From an uncultured Spirochaetota bacterium (GTDB lineage Bacteria; Spirochaetota; UBA4802; UBA5550): DNA of 64,000 nt. Position numbers and translations under genes: made by a program. The first letter of the stretch is position 1, and every line of letters begins with the position of its first letter. Shown piece after piece: positions 9,459 through 19,417 of this stretch. The notes below the pieces were generated by a model. That model was not told the DNA's origin. It saw only the letters and a program-made list of their open reading frames with translations, and did not search any database. Location: the NCBI GenBank assembly GCA_963827275.1, contig CAWHAA010000004.1, positions 192,001 to 256,000 on the forward strand. The letters are read 5' to 3'.

Positions 9459-10661
9459 TCAAGGTTTTATGTAATTGTCCACGATCCACCTGCTGAACGG
9501 GAAGCTGCTGGTGAAGGCGGGGCTGACGGCGTTCAGGATGTGGACGGAACGGCCGTCCCCTTCCACCTTGAAGTCCTGCACGAGCCTGTTCGTCCGCACG
9601 TCGAGGAGCTGGGCGCGGATGCCCGGTCTGCTCCATTCGCTGAAGCGGGCGCGGTCCACGTTGTGGACCATGCCGGCGGCCAGGCCGATGAAATATTTTT
9701 TGTAATATTTTTTCATCTCGTCGAGGGCGAGCGTCCTGAACCCGAAAGAATTTAGCATGAACAGCTTCGCTTCGCGCAGCGTGACCTGCGCAAATTCATC
9801 GAGCCTGAAATTCTCAAGGGCCCGGTAGTTCTCCCGCCACATCGCGGGGATCGCCGTCGGCCCGATCTTTACGGTCCTGTCAACGGTGACGGTATAGTGC
9901 ACCCCAAGGAAGGGGTTTTTCATGTCGGGCACCGGGTACACGTTGGTGCTCACGGGCCTGTCCGGCCCCGTGTATTTCAGATAGATCCCCTTGAAGGGGA
10001 GTATGATATAGTCCCTCGCGTACCCGAAATCCTTCGCGATCTTGTCAGCGTACAGTCCGGCGGCGTTGATGATCACGCCCGCTTCATGGACGCCCGCCGT
10101 GGTGGCGGCCGCGTTTGTCCCTGCGCGGCGCAGGTAGGCGCACCCGAACCGGAGATCCACTCCGCCCGCGAGCAGCTCGTCCCTGAGGGACGCGCATACC
10201 TCGACCGGGTCAACGGTTGAGGTCGTGGGGGAATAGAGGGCGTACCCGCACGTCTTCACGTTCGGGTCCAGCTCGGCCACCTCCTTCTCGTCGATGATGC
10301 TCACGGTGACGCCGTTGGCCTTCCCGCGCTGTTCAAGCTCGAGCAGGGAACGGGCCTCGGCTTCATTTTTCGCGACGACCACCTTTTTGCACCGGTTGAT
10401 TTTCAGGTTTTTTTCCGCGCAGTACGCGGTCATCTCCCTGTTGCCGTCTTTTGTGAACTTCGCCTTGAGGGAATCCGCCGAGTAATAGAAGCCGGCGTGA
10501 AGGACCCCGCTGTTCCTCCCGCTGGCGTGGCGGCCGGTATCGGGCTCCTTTTCAATGAGGGTGATAGTGCGGGCGGGATATTTTTCTTTAAGATACCGGG
10601 CGACCGCGAGCCCGATTATGCCCGCCCCTATGATTAAAAAGTCCGATTGCCCGCTCTTCAT
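9459..10661 (-). CDS. lhgO: L-2-hydroxyglutarate oxidase family FAD-dependent oxidoreductase
   Basis: IIGAGIIG, HASGRNSGVLHAG, YPVPD..PFLGVH, GIRAQ, LNAVSPAFTSS motifs. Confidence 0.88.
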   Translation of the reverse strand: MKSGQSDFLIIGAGIIGLAVARYLKEKYPARTITLIEKEPDTGRHASGRNSGVLHAGFYYSADSLKAKFTKDGNREMTAYCAEKNLKINRCKKVVVAKNEAEARSLLELEQRGKANGVTVSIIDEKEVAELDPNVKTCGYALYSPTTSTVDPVEVCASLRDELLAGGVDLRFGCAYLRRAGTNAAATTAGVHEAGVIINAAGLYADKIAKDFGYARDYIILPFKGIYLKYTGPDRPVSTNVYPVPDMKNPFLGVHYTVTVDRTVKIGPTAIPAMWRENYRALENFRLDEFAQVTLREAKLFMLNSFGFRTLALDEMKKYYKKYFIGLAAGMVHNVDRARFSEWSRPGIRAQLLDVRTNRLVQDFKVEGDGRSVHILNAVSPAFTSSFPFSRWIVDNYIKP

Positions 10662-10894
10662 GGATACCTGTCTCCCGTTGCAGGATGGTGCGGCCCGCCG
10701 GCCCATTAACGGTAGCGGGGCCGGTCCGGATTTTTGTCAATAGCTATTTTTTCCGCGCGCGGGGGCATGCACCGGGACCTGGCAGCGCCTGATTGCTGAA
10801 AATGTATTGAAAATATACCGGGCATGCCGTTGCCTGTAATCGCGGGGAAAATCCGCGCGTACCGGGGAAATTCATTGCACGGGTGGATACAGAC

Positions 10895-11893
10895 ATGGGA
10901 AATAACGCAACAATCCTGATCGCCGGCGGCGCCGGCTATATCGGCTCACAGGTCAACAAAGAGCTCTCTGAAAAGGGGTATGGCACGGTCATCGTCGATA
11001 ACCTGAGCACCGGGCACGGGGAATTTGCGAACTGGGGCACCTTCCGGCACTGCGATCTGGCCGACCCCGACGGCCTTCGGGCGGTGTTCGCGAAGCACCG
11101 CGTATCAACGGTCATGCATTTTTCCGCGTTCACCTACGTGGGGGAATCGGTCGAGGACCCGGAAAAATATTACGTGAACAATGTGAAAAACACGCTCAAC
11201 CTTCTGCAGATAATGCGTGAATTCGGCGTCAATCAATTCATCTTCTCGTCGTCGGCCGCGGTCTTCGGCGAACCGACCGAGGTCCCGATACCGGAATCGC
11301 ACGGCACCCTGCCCATCAATCCCTACGGACGAACGAAGCTGATGATAGAGAACATCCTTGCCGATTATTCCCGGGCGTATGATTTCCGGTATGTCGCGCT
11401 CCGGTATTTCAACGCGGCGGGGGCGGACCCGGGCGGCGAAATCGGCGAGTGGCACGAGCCGGAGACCCACCTGATCCCGCTGGTCCTGGATGCGGCGATC
11501 GGCGCGCGCGGCGATATCGCCATCTACGGCGTCGATTACGACACCCCTGACGGCACCTGCGTCAGGGACTATATCCATGTCGCCGACCTGGCGGGCGCGC
11601 ACATCGCCGCGCTCGAGCACCTGGCGCGGGGGGGGGCGTCGGACGTCTTCAATCTCGGGAACGGGAAGGGATTTTCGGTGCGGGAGATCATCGATGCGGC
11701 GCGCACGGTAACCGGGAAGGAGATCAGGGTGCGGGAAACGGCCCGGCGGGCCGGGGACCCCGCGTCGCTGGTCGCCGATGCCGGCAGGGCGTCATCGGTG
11801 CTCTCGTGGCGGCCGCGGTACGCGCGCGTCGATGAGATCATTGAGACCGCGTGGCGGTGGCACCGGAACCTGTACGCAAAGCACAAGAAGTGA
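10895..11893 (+). CDS. galE: UDP-glucose 4-epimerase
   Basis: GGAGYIGS, VGESV, YGRTK, LRYFNAAGA, DGTCVRDYIHV. Confidence 0.93.
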   Translation: MGNNATILIAGGAGYIGSQVNKELSEKGYGTVIVDNLSTGHGEFANWGTFRHCDLADPDGLRAVFAKHRVSTVMHFSAFTYVGESVEDPEKYYVNNVKNTLNLLQIMREFGVNQFIFSSSAAVFGEPTEVPIPESHGTLPINPYGRTKLMIENILADYSRAYDFRYVALRYFNAAGADPGGEIGEWHEPETHLIPLVLDAAIGARGDIAIYGVDYDTPDGTCVRDYIHVADLAGAHIAALEHLARGGASDVFNLGNGKGFSVREIIDAARTVTGKEIRVRETARRAGDPASLVADAGRASSVLSWRPRYARVDEIIETAWRWHRNLYAKHKK

Positions 11894-11907
11894 CGGGGCC
11901 CGTTGCC

Positions 11908-12993
11908 TCATTTGCCGGTATGATACACCAGCCTTCTCCCGATGAAATTCCAGATGAACGTCGCCGCCAGCGCGAAGAGCTTCGCGTACAGGGGCGGGAT
12001 TGAAAACCATTCCACGGACGCGTAGAGCGCAAGCTGGTGAAACGCGATCGCCATGAGCTGGATCACCAGTATCGCCGTAAACTCCGACTTCGAGTTTTTG
12101 AACACCGAGCCTTTCGTAAAAACGAACTTTCTCCCTGCGAAAAAATTCACCAGGAAGCCGAAGCAGAAGCTGATGAACCCCGCAACGAGGTAATGGACAC
12201 CGGCTATCTTCAGTAAAAAGATATAGATCCCGTAATCGACGACCAGCCCGGCGAGTGCCACCAGGAAATATTTAAGCATCAGGATGAAATTGAGCTTGCC
12301 CACCACGAGCTTCACCAGGGTCATCGCGAAGGTCAGGATGAACGCCGCCAGGTTGCGCTTGGTTTCGCCGAACATCCGTTTTTTGAACGAGTAGGGTATC
12401 TCGATAACCTTCAGGCCCGGGTTCGCGCGGTCCAGCTTGTAGAGGATCTCCTCGACGATGTCAAAATTATCGCACTCAAGCGGAATGCTCTTTAACAGGT
12501 CCGCCCGGTACAGCTTGAAGCTGTTCGATATGTCCCGGTAGCGGATATTCAGGGCCTTCGAATAGATGATGTTCAGCACCTTGGACATCGCCACGAGCGC
12601 CCTGTTGTTGTCGGTGAACCCGCCTGATACATAGCGCGATGCGATGACGACGTCGTGGTTGTTGCGGTGGCCGAACATGCTCGGTATGAACTCCGGGGTG
12701 TGCGACCCGTCCGCGTCCATGAACAGGATATATGCGCCGCGCGCCTTCTGAATCCCGGTCCTGATTGCATCGCCGTACGAGTTGCTGTTCTCCCTGTTGA
12801 AATAGAGCACCTTCTCTTTCTTGCAGATATCGCGTGTGTCGTCAAGGGGCGTCATGGTGTCGATGATGATGATCTCGTGCGGGCACCCCAGCCCTTTCAG
12901 GGTGCCCTTGAGGCGCGGGAGGAGCAGCCGGAGGTTTTCGGCCTCCAGGTAGCAGGGGAGCACGACGCTGAGATGCATGCCGTTATTTTTCAT
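11908..12993 (-). CDS. GT2 (polyprenyl-phosphate glycosyltransferase-like) fused to C-terminal GtrA domain
   Basis: [26 protein letters not shown] then four TM segments with GtrA pattern (VDYGIY..., NF...RKFVF, WNFIGRR). Confidence 0.88.
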   Translation of the reverse strand: MKNNGMHLSVVLPCYLEAENLRLLLPRLKGTLKGLGCPHEIIIIDTMTPLDDTRDICKKEKVLYFNRENSNSYGDAIRTGIQKARGAYILFMDADGSHTPEFIPSMFGHRNNHDVVIASRYVSGGFTDNNRALVAMSKVLNIIYSKALNIRYRDISNSFKLYRADLLKSIPLECDNFDIVEEILYKLDRANPGLKVIEIPYSFKKRMFGETKRNLAAFILTFAMTLVKLVVGKLNFILMLKYFLVALAGLVVDYGIYIFLLKIAGVHYLVAGFISFCFGFLVNFFAGRKFVFTKGSVFKNSKSEFTAILVIQLMAIAFHQLALYASVEWFSIPPLYAKLFALAATFIWNFIGRRLVYHTGK

Positions 12994-14008
12994 TGGCTGA
13001 AACCCATTCCAGCATTTTGCGGATCCCGGTCACCGAGTCGATTTTCGGCGACCAGCCGAGGATTTTTTTCACCCTGGCCGTATCTGCCACGAAGACCTTC
13101 TGGTCGCTCTCGCGGGGAGGGAGCTTCGTGTACGTCAGCGTGGTCCCGAGCTCCCGGTCAAGGATGCCGAACAGCTCAAGGAGGGACAGGCTGTTCTTCA
13201 TGCCGCCCCCTATGTTGAACGCATGGCCCTTCGCCTCCTCGATCCGCTCGACAGTGTTCAGGTACAGGGCGATCATGTCGTCGGCGAAAAGAACGTCGCG
13301 CACCTGCTTGCCGTTGCCTGAGATGGTGAAGGGCGTGTCCAGCTTCCCGGCCTTCGCCCTGAGCGCCTGTCCGCAGAACCAGCCGATCCACCCCTGGTCG
13401 AACGTGGCAAACTGCCGCGTGCCGAACATCGAGGAGTGGCGGTAAACGACGGTCCTGAGGCCGAATATGCGGTGATAGTCCAGCATGTACTGGTCAGCGG
13501 CGCCCTTGGAGCAGCCGTAGGGCGAATGAAAATCAAGGGGTATCGTTTCAGGAAACCCGTCGGGAAACAGCGGCGCTACATACCTCGTTTCGGTTTCCCG
13601 GTATTCCGTCCACTCGAGGTCGCCGTACACCTTGTTCGTTGACGAATAGATGACGATCGATTCTGGGGAACAGAGCCTCACGGATTCGAGAATATTGAGC
13701 GTGCCCAGGGCGTTGGTCTCGAAGTCGAGGCGCGGGCTCTCTATCGAAGTGGTCATGGCGACCTGTCCCGCCAGGTGAAAGATGGCGTCCGGCAGCGTCT
13801 TTTTGATTATCCGCTCGACGTCCTCGCGGTTCCTGACGTCGCAATGCATGAAATCGAAGGGGCCGCATCCGCGGAGCCATTCGAGGTTTTTTTCGGCGCC
13901 GACCCGGTACAGGTTGTCTATGACGGTCACGCGGTCGCCCCGCAGGATTACTTCCCTCGCGAGGTTTGATCCGAGAAAGCCGCAACCGCCGGTGATAAGA
14001 AATTTCAT
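12983..14008 (-). CDS. rfbE: CDP-paratose 2-epimerase (CDP-tyvelose epimerase)
   Basis: [67 protein letters not shown] closely match Salmonella/Yersinia Tyv/RfbE. Confidence 0.93.
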   Translation of the reverse strand: MKFLITGGCGFLGSNLAREVILRGDRVTVIDNLYRVGAEKNLEWLRGCGPFDFMHCDVRNREDVERIIKKTLPDAIFHLAGQVAMTTSIESPRLDFETNALGTLNILESVRLCSPESIVIYSSTNKVYGDLEWTEYRETETRYVAPLFPDGFPETIPLDFHSPYGCSKGAADQYMLDYHRIFGLRTVVYRHSSMFGTRQFATFDQGWIGWFCGQALRAKAGKLDTPFTISGNGKQVRDVLFADDMIALYLNTVERIEEAKGHAFNIGGGMKNSLSLLELFGILDRELGTTLTYTKLPPRESDQKVFVADTARVKKILGWSPKIDSVTGIRKMLEWVSANEK

Positions 14009-14032
14009 CCTCTATGCTCCTTGCGTGGCATT

Positions 14033-14722
14033 CTATTCCCAGTCGTCGGTGATGATTTCCCGCTCCGGGACCCCGTTCCGGGACAAATAATTCCTGAAGT
14101 CCTTTATCATTGCCGGCGGCCCGGAGATGAAAAAGGTAGAACCGCCGCCGGCCTCTGCAAGCATGCCGGCTATGTCAAGCTTGCCGCGCTCGTCCTCGGC
14201 TATCACCGACACGATGAATGAAGGGTTTACCTCCCTTGCCCGGGCCAGGTATGTTCCGTAGATGTTGTGCGCGCTGTCGCGCACGCCAAAGTAGAGCCGG
14301 GGCGCGTCGTAGGCGCGGAACTGCCCGTCCGTGAACAGGGAAAGGAACGGGGTGATGCCGGTGCCGCCCGCGATGAACACGCACCGGTCCGTGGGGTGCT
14401 GCCTGCCGAACAGGTCGCCGTAGGGCAGCTTCAGGGTGACCGGCCTCCCCGGCGCCAGCTCCGCCGCCATGCGGCCGGTAAAGCGGCCTTTCACGGAAAA
14501 GGTGATGGTGATCTCGTCGTCGAGAGGCGCGGACTGCATGGAGAAACAGCGGGAATCGGGCCACTGGGCCGATGGATCATACTCGTCAAGGGCCAGGTGC
14601 AGGTATTGCCCCGGCCGGTACGAGAACTTCCGGTCACGGGACTTGAAGGAAACGACGTGAATCCCCTCGATCGGCATGGCAATGCGCGTGACCTCGGCGC
14701 GGTATTTCTTGACGATCGCCAT
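14033..14722 (-). CDS. FAD/NAD(P)-binding FNR-type reductase (RfbI/AscD-like, no 2Fe-2S domain)
   Basis: RPGQY, RCFS (RxxS), PYG, IAGGTGITPF, SGPPAM; TGATG coupling to rfbH. Confidence 0.8.
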   Translation of the reverse strand: MAIVKKYRAEVTRIAMPIEGIHVVSFKSRDRKFSYRPGQYLHLALDEYDPSAQWPDSRCFSMQSAPLDDEITITFSVKGRFTGRMAAELAPGRPVTLKLPYGDLFGRQHPTDRCVFIAGGTGITPFLSLFTDGQFRAYDAPRLYFGVRDSAHNIYGTYLARAREVNPSFIVSVIAEDERGKLDIAGMLAEAGGGSTFFISGPPAMIKDFRNYLSRNGVPEREIITDDWE

Positions 14723-16020
14723 CAGCGCTCCCCGATAAACGCGTCGATGACATCGGCGGTGTAGCGGATCATATCGTCCGTCATGCCGGGGTAGGTCCCG
14801 AGAAAGAAGGTGCTGTTCATCACCCGGTCCGTGTTCGCGAGGTCTCCGGCGATCCTGCACGGCTGGTTGATGAAGGCGGGCTGCCGTGTTATGTTTCCGG
14901 CGAAGATATTGCGCGTCTCTATGCGGTTGTCATTGAGGTGCTGGACGAGCTCATTCCGCGTGAAGGGCGCGCCGTCCCTCACCGTGAGAATATAGCTGAA
15001 CCACGCGGGGTCCGCGCCCGCGGTGGCCTCGGGCAGGAGGAAGTATTTTTCGTGGCGCGCGAACAGCTCCTGGTACAGGGCGAAGTTTTCACGCCGCCGG
15101 TCGCAGAACCGCTCCAGCTTGTCCATCTGGGCGCTGCCGATGGCCGCCTGCATATCGGTCATTTTCAGGTTATAGCCGAGCTCCGAATACACGTACTTGT
15201 GGTCATACCCGGGCGGCAGGGTGCCGAACTGCTGGGTGAACCGCTTGCCGCAGGTGTTGTTTTCGCCGCCGGCGCAGTAGCAGTCGCGGCCCCAGTCGCG
15301 TATGGACCTGGCGATCTGCGCGAGCTGCTCGTCGTTCGTGACGACCGCGCCGCCCTCGCCGGTGGTGATATGGTGCGCGGGGTAGAATGATGACGTGGCG
15401 ATATGGCCGAACGTCCCGGTGTAGCGGCCGCGGTAGCGGCTCCCCAGCGCGTCGCAGTTGTCCTCGATCACCCACAGGTCGTGCTCCCGCGCGACCGCCA
15501 TGACCGCGTCGATGTCGAAGGGGTTCCCCAGGGTGTGGGCGAGGAATATGGCGCCGGTCCTGTCCGAGACGGCGCGCTTCATCATCTCGATGTTGATGTT
15601 GTACGTGGGGAGGTCAATGTCAACGAAGACCGGGACCAGGCCGTACTGGAGGACGGGGGACACGGTCGAGGGAAACCCCGCCGCGACCGATATGACCTCG
15701 TCCCCTTTTTTCAGCCGCCGCTCGCCGAGCTTCTCGGAGGTGAGCGCTCCCAGCGCGATGAGATTTGAAGAGGAGCCCGAGTTGGTGAGAATGACATTTT
15801 CCGTGCCAAGGAACTCCGCGATCTTCTCGGAGAATTCCTCCGCGAACCGGCCCTCGGTAAGCCAGAAGTCGAGGCTGGCGTCAACAAGCTTGACGAGCTC
15901 CTCCTCGTCGAAGACCCGCCCCGCGTAGCGGACCGTGTCCTTGTCGCGGGAAAAGGGCCGCCGCTGAAACCGGTCCCGGTAGTACTCGCGCACCCTGCCC
16001 AGTATCTCTTCCCGGTCCAT
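14722..16020 (-). CDS. rfbH: CDP-4-keto-6-deoxy-D-glucose 3-dehydrase
   Basis: AHTLGNPF, EDNCD, SFYPAHHITTGEGG (His in place of PLP Lys), DWGRDCYC..NTC, GYDHKY. Confidence 0.95.
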   Translation of the reverse strand: MDREEILGRVREYYRDRFQRRPFSRDKDTVRYAGRVFDEEELVKLVDASLDFWLTEGRFAEEFSEKIAEFLGTENVILTNSGSSSNLIALGALTSEKLGERRLKKGDEVISVAAGFPSTVSPVLQYGLVPVFVDIDLPTYNINIEMMKRAVSDRTGAIFLAHTLGNPFDIDAVMAVAREHDLWVIEDNCDALGSRYRGRYTGTFGHIATSSFYPAHHITTGEGGAVVTNDEQLAQIARSIRDWGRDCYCAGGENNTCGKRFTQQFGTLPPGYDHKYVYSELGYNLKMTDMQAAIGSAQMDKLERFCDRRRENFALYQELFARHEKYFLLPEATAGADPAWFSYILTVRDGAPFTRNELVQHLNDNRIETRNIFAGNITRQPAFINQPCRIAGDLANTDRVMNSTFFLGTYPGMTDDMIRYTADVIDAFIGER

Positions 16021-16021
16021 G

Positions 16022-17134
16022 CTATTTCACGCTCCAGGGGATTTTGCGCTCGGCCGCCGCTGCGGCGTAGTCGTGTATCTGACGCCTGGTGAAATCGATC
16101 ATTTTTTTCCTGTCATAAAATTCCCGGTACCATGAAACCGTTTTTTCGAGGGCGGCGGCGGCCGAATAGACGGGGCGCCACCCGAGGAACGTGCGGGCCT
16201 TGCTGATGTCAAGCTTGAGCAGCTTTGCTTCGTGCGGCCCGCCCTCGTCCTGCACCGAGTAATTTCCGGAGCCCCACGTATTGATGGTCTCCTTCACGAT
16301 CTCCTCGACCGTGACGATGTCGTCGTTCTCGGGGCCGAAATTCCAGCCCGAGGCGTGGTCCGCGGGCGACTCGATGAGCCGTGCGCCGAGCCAGAGGTAG
16401 CCGGAGAGGGGCTCCAGCACGTGCTGCCAGGGGCGCGTCGCGCGGGGACTGCGGATGATGATCGTCTCTTTTTTCGCCAGCGACCGCACGCAGTCGGGGA
16501 TCAGCCGGTCCGCGGCCCAGTCGCCCCCGCCGATGACATTGCCGGCCCGTACCGAGGCGACCGCGGTGTTGTGCGCGGTGCCGAGCGCGGCCGGGGGGAA
16601 GAATGAATTCCGGTACGCCGCCACAATGAGCTCCGCGCAGCCCTTGCTGGAGCTGTACGGATCAAAGCCGCCCATGGGATCGTTTTCGCGGTACCCGTAC
16701 ACCCATTCCCTGTTTTCGTAGCATTTATCGCTGGTGATGATCAGCGCGGCCCGCACGGTGCCGGCGGCGCGCAGCGCCTCGAACAGGTTCACCGTGCCCA
16801 TGAGGTTCGTTTCATAGGTCTCCCGGGGCTCGCGGTAGGAGAGGCGGACGAGGGGCTGGGCGGCGAGGTGGAAGACGATCTCCGGTTTTTCGGCGCGCAG
16901 CGTCTCTGCGAGATGGCGCGCATCGCGGACATCGCCGACCAGGTGCTTCATTGATGATTCCAGCCCGAGCGCGGCGAAGAGCGACGGGTCGGTCGGCGGC
17001 TCAAGGGAATATCCGACGACGCGGGCGCCGAGCTCGTTGAGCCACAGGGAAAGCCATGATCCCTTGAAGCCGGTGTGGCCGGTCACGAGAACGGTTGTGC
17101 CGCTGTAGCGGCCGTTAAAAAGCGATTTCATCAT
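16022..17134 (-). CDS. rfbG: CDP-glucose 4,6-dehydratase
   Basis: TGHTGFKGSWL, AAQPLVR, TSDKCY, DPYSSSK, RAGNVIGGGDW, RPWQHVLEPL. Confidence 0.96.
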   Translation of the reverse strand: MMKSLFNGRYSGTTVLVTGHTGFKGSWLSLWLNELGARVVGYSLEPPTDPSLFAALGLESSMKHLVGDVRDARHLAETLRAEKPEIVFHLAAQPLVRLSYREPRETYETNLMGTVNLFEALRAAGTVRAALIITSDKCYENREWVYGYRENDPMGGFDPYSSSKGCAELIVAAYRNSFFPPAALGTAHNTAVASVRAGNVIGGGDWAADRLIPDCVRSLAKKETIIIRSPRATRPWQHVLEPLSGYLWLGARLIESPADHASGWNFGPENDDIVTVEEIVKETINTWGSGNYSVQDEGGPHEAKLLKLDISKARTFLGWRPVYSAAAALEKTVSWYREFYDRKKMIDFTRRQIHDYAAAAAERKIPWSVK

Positions 17135-18009
17135 AGGTGTGTCCTGTACCATTCCAGTGTCCTTTGAATTCCCTCCGCGAAGGGGACCGGTTCCCGTACC
17201 TGGAAGTCGCGGAAGAAGCGCCCCACATCAGGCCTTGATTCCAGGAGCTCGTTCTCCCGGTAGGGCAGGGCCCCGAAATTCAGCCGGGAGGCGGTATTGC
17301 CGGTCGCTTTCTGCAGCAGCTCCACGACGGCGCGGATGCTCATCGGCCTGCCGGTGCCGACGTCGTATTCGTAGATCCCCGGTCCGAATGCCTGGCCGCG
17401 CTCCACGACAGCGGCGTATGCCCCGGCGACGTCATCGATGTGGATAAAATCGCGCACCTGTTCGCCTTTTGTCAATTTAATTTCCGGCACATTCGTGAGG
17501 AGCTCTCGTATGATGAAAGGGATGAATTTGGAGTAATCATCCATCTCCCCGTACATGTGTTCCAGCCTGAGATTGATGAAGGCCATGGAGCGGCTGAATT
17601 CGGGGAACCATTCGGCAAATTGCTTTTTAGAGCGGGCATACGCGTTCGTGTTTTTATCAAGCACGGTGTCGGTGTTGATGAAGAGGGGCGTCCCGTGCCG
17701 GTGGGCGCTTTCAAGCACGCGCAGGGGGAACAGGCAGTTCGCGTCGAGGACCTGGGCGCGGGTTTCATTGTTTCTCCCGTAGAGGGTCGCGGTATGGATC
17801 ACGGCGGATACCGGATGTTTTGAAAACGCTTCGTCGATGTCGTCCTCGGCGTAACATACGCCGATGCGTTCCAGGTACCCGCGCAGGCGCCACGGGTCCG
17901 CCGCTTTCTGGGCGACGACGACCACGGACCTGCCGAGATCGGCGAACTGGCGGACCAGCCTGCTGCCGAGAAATCCGGTGGGCCCGGTAATTAATATCGA
18001 ATCAGTCAT
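17131..18009 (-). CDS. CDP-3,6-dideoxyhexose 4-reductase, probably CDP-paratose synthase (Prt/RfbS-like)
   Basis: TGPTGFLG, HTATLYGR, FINTDT, YARSK, LEHMYG, GEQVRDFI; co-occurrence with rfbE favours paratose over abequose. Confidence 0.8.
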   Translation of the reverse strand: MTDSILITGPTGFLGSRLVRQFADLGRSVVVVAQKAADPWRLRGYLERIGVCYAEDDIDEAFSKHPVSAVIHTATLYGRNNETRAQVLDANCLFPLRVLESAHRHGTPLFINTDTVLDKNTNAYARSKKQFAEWFPEFSRSMAFINLRLEHMYGEMDDYSKFIPFIIRELLTNVPEIKLTKGEQVRDFIHIDDVAGAYAAVVERGQAFGPGIYEYDVGTGRPMSIRAVVELLQKATGNTASRLNFGALPYRENELLESRPDVGRFFRDFQVREPVPFAEGIQRTLEWYRTHL

Positions 18010-18778
18010 GCCAGAGTTTCCATGGCGCCTTCGGGGAGTTCCACATTGCTTCCAGGTCGACCTTGTCGCGGAGCGTGTCCATCGGCTTCCAGAACCCGTA
18101 GTGCTTGTATGATCCCAGCTGGCCGTCGGACGCGAGCTTTTCCATCGGCTCGCGTTCCCACATGGTGGCGTCGCCGGGGATATAATCGAAGATGCCCGGC
18201 TCAAGGACAAAAAAGCCGCCGTTGATCCACGCCCCGTCGCCGCGCGGTTTTTCCTTGAAGGAATGGACGGTGGTGTCATCGCCTATGTCCATGGCGCCGA
18301 AGCGGCCGCTGGGCTGCACCGCGGTGACCGTCGCGAGCTTTCCGTGCGCCCTGTGGGTGTCGAGCAGTTTCGCGATGTCAACATCGCCGACGCCGTCGCC
18401 GTACGTCATCATGAACGGGCCATTCCCGACGTACTCCCGTATCCGCTTTATCCGGCCGCCGGTCATGGTGCCGGCGCCGGTATCGATCAGGGTCACCTGC
18501 CACGGCTCCGCTTTCGAGGCGTGATATTTCACGGCGTTTTTCTTCATGTCGAAGGTGACGTCGGATTGGTGAAGGAAGTAGTTCTGGAAATATTCTTTTA
18601 TGACGTACCCCTTGTACCCCAGGCAGATGATGAACTCATTGTACCCGAACGAAGAATAAATTTTCATGATATGCCAGAGGATGGGCCTGCCGCCGATCTC
18701 TATCATGGGCTTCGGCTTGAGATCGGTTTCTTCGCTGAAGCGCGTGCCGAAACCGCCTGCCAGGATGACAACTTTCAT
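18002..18778 (-). CDS. rfbF: Glucose-1-phosphate cytidylyltransferase
   Basis: LAGGFGTR..EET..KPKPMIEIG, TMTGGR, TYGDG, WINGGFF, GFWKPMDTLRD. Confidence 0.96.
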   Translation of the reverse strand: MKVVILAGGFGTRFSEETDLKPKPMIEIGGRPILWHIMKIYSSFGYNEFIICLGYKGYVIKEYFQNYFLHQSDVTFDMKKNAVKYHASKAEPWQVTLIDTGAGTMTGGRIKRIREYVGNGPFMMTYGDGVGDVDIAKLLDTHRAHGKLATVTAVQPSGRFGAMDIGDDTTVHSFKEKPRGDGAWINGGFFVLEPGIFDYIPGDATMWEREPMEKLASDGQLGSYKHYGFWKPMDTLRDKVDLEAMWNSPKAPWKLWHD

Positions 18779-19417
18779 AACACCTTCACTTTCTGTAGAT
18801 TATTGTATGCGGACCAATGGATTTTCATGTATATGAAAACGCGAATCTGCTGATTTAGCTTTCTGAAGAAATGATGTATTTGTCAATGAAATTTTATGGG
18901 CGTGGCGTTTTTGAATGACCAAATAATCGGCGGTTCGGTGCTGGCTGCCTACAGGCAGCTATGGCATGCGGACGATGTGCTTTTTCATATATATATCCTT
19001 ACCAGATGCATGGGGATGCATGCAGGTATAATCGATACCCAGATGGTAATTGTTGCCATACATTGAGCATAAATATGACATGGGGGGTTTTGGAATCCCG
19101 GCAAAAATACATATGATCCGGCAGTAAAAAATTATTGATTATTATTTGACAATGTAATGTTATATTCCAGTTTGTGGTGATTATTTTTAAACACTTTCAT
19201 GACTAATCTACAATCCAAACAGGTTGATCCATATCCGGTGTTCGATCAATTTGAGGGTCTGTTGTTGCTTGGATACCAATGAAGACACCGACTGTGGCCT
19301 GGTCCACTGATAATGGTTATGGGCAGAAAAACAGGAAGATTGGGTATGTAAGATTCGAGCGCGTGATATATATTCAGCTTTTATATTTATGAAAATCACC
19401 TATAGGAGCGGCGTGCA

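Noticed and set aside
18779..19417. Small ORFs, ops/JUMPstart or ncRNA in the long divergent intergenic region
   Set aside because: Short ORFs lack an RBS or recognisable motifs, and no GGCGGTAG ops element is seen; probably promoter DNA
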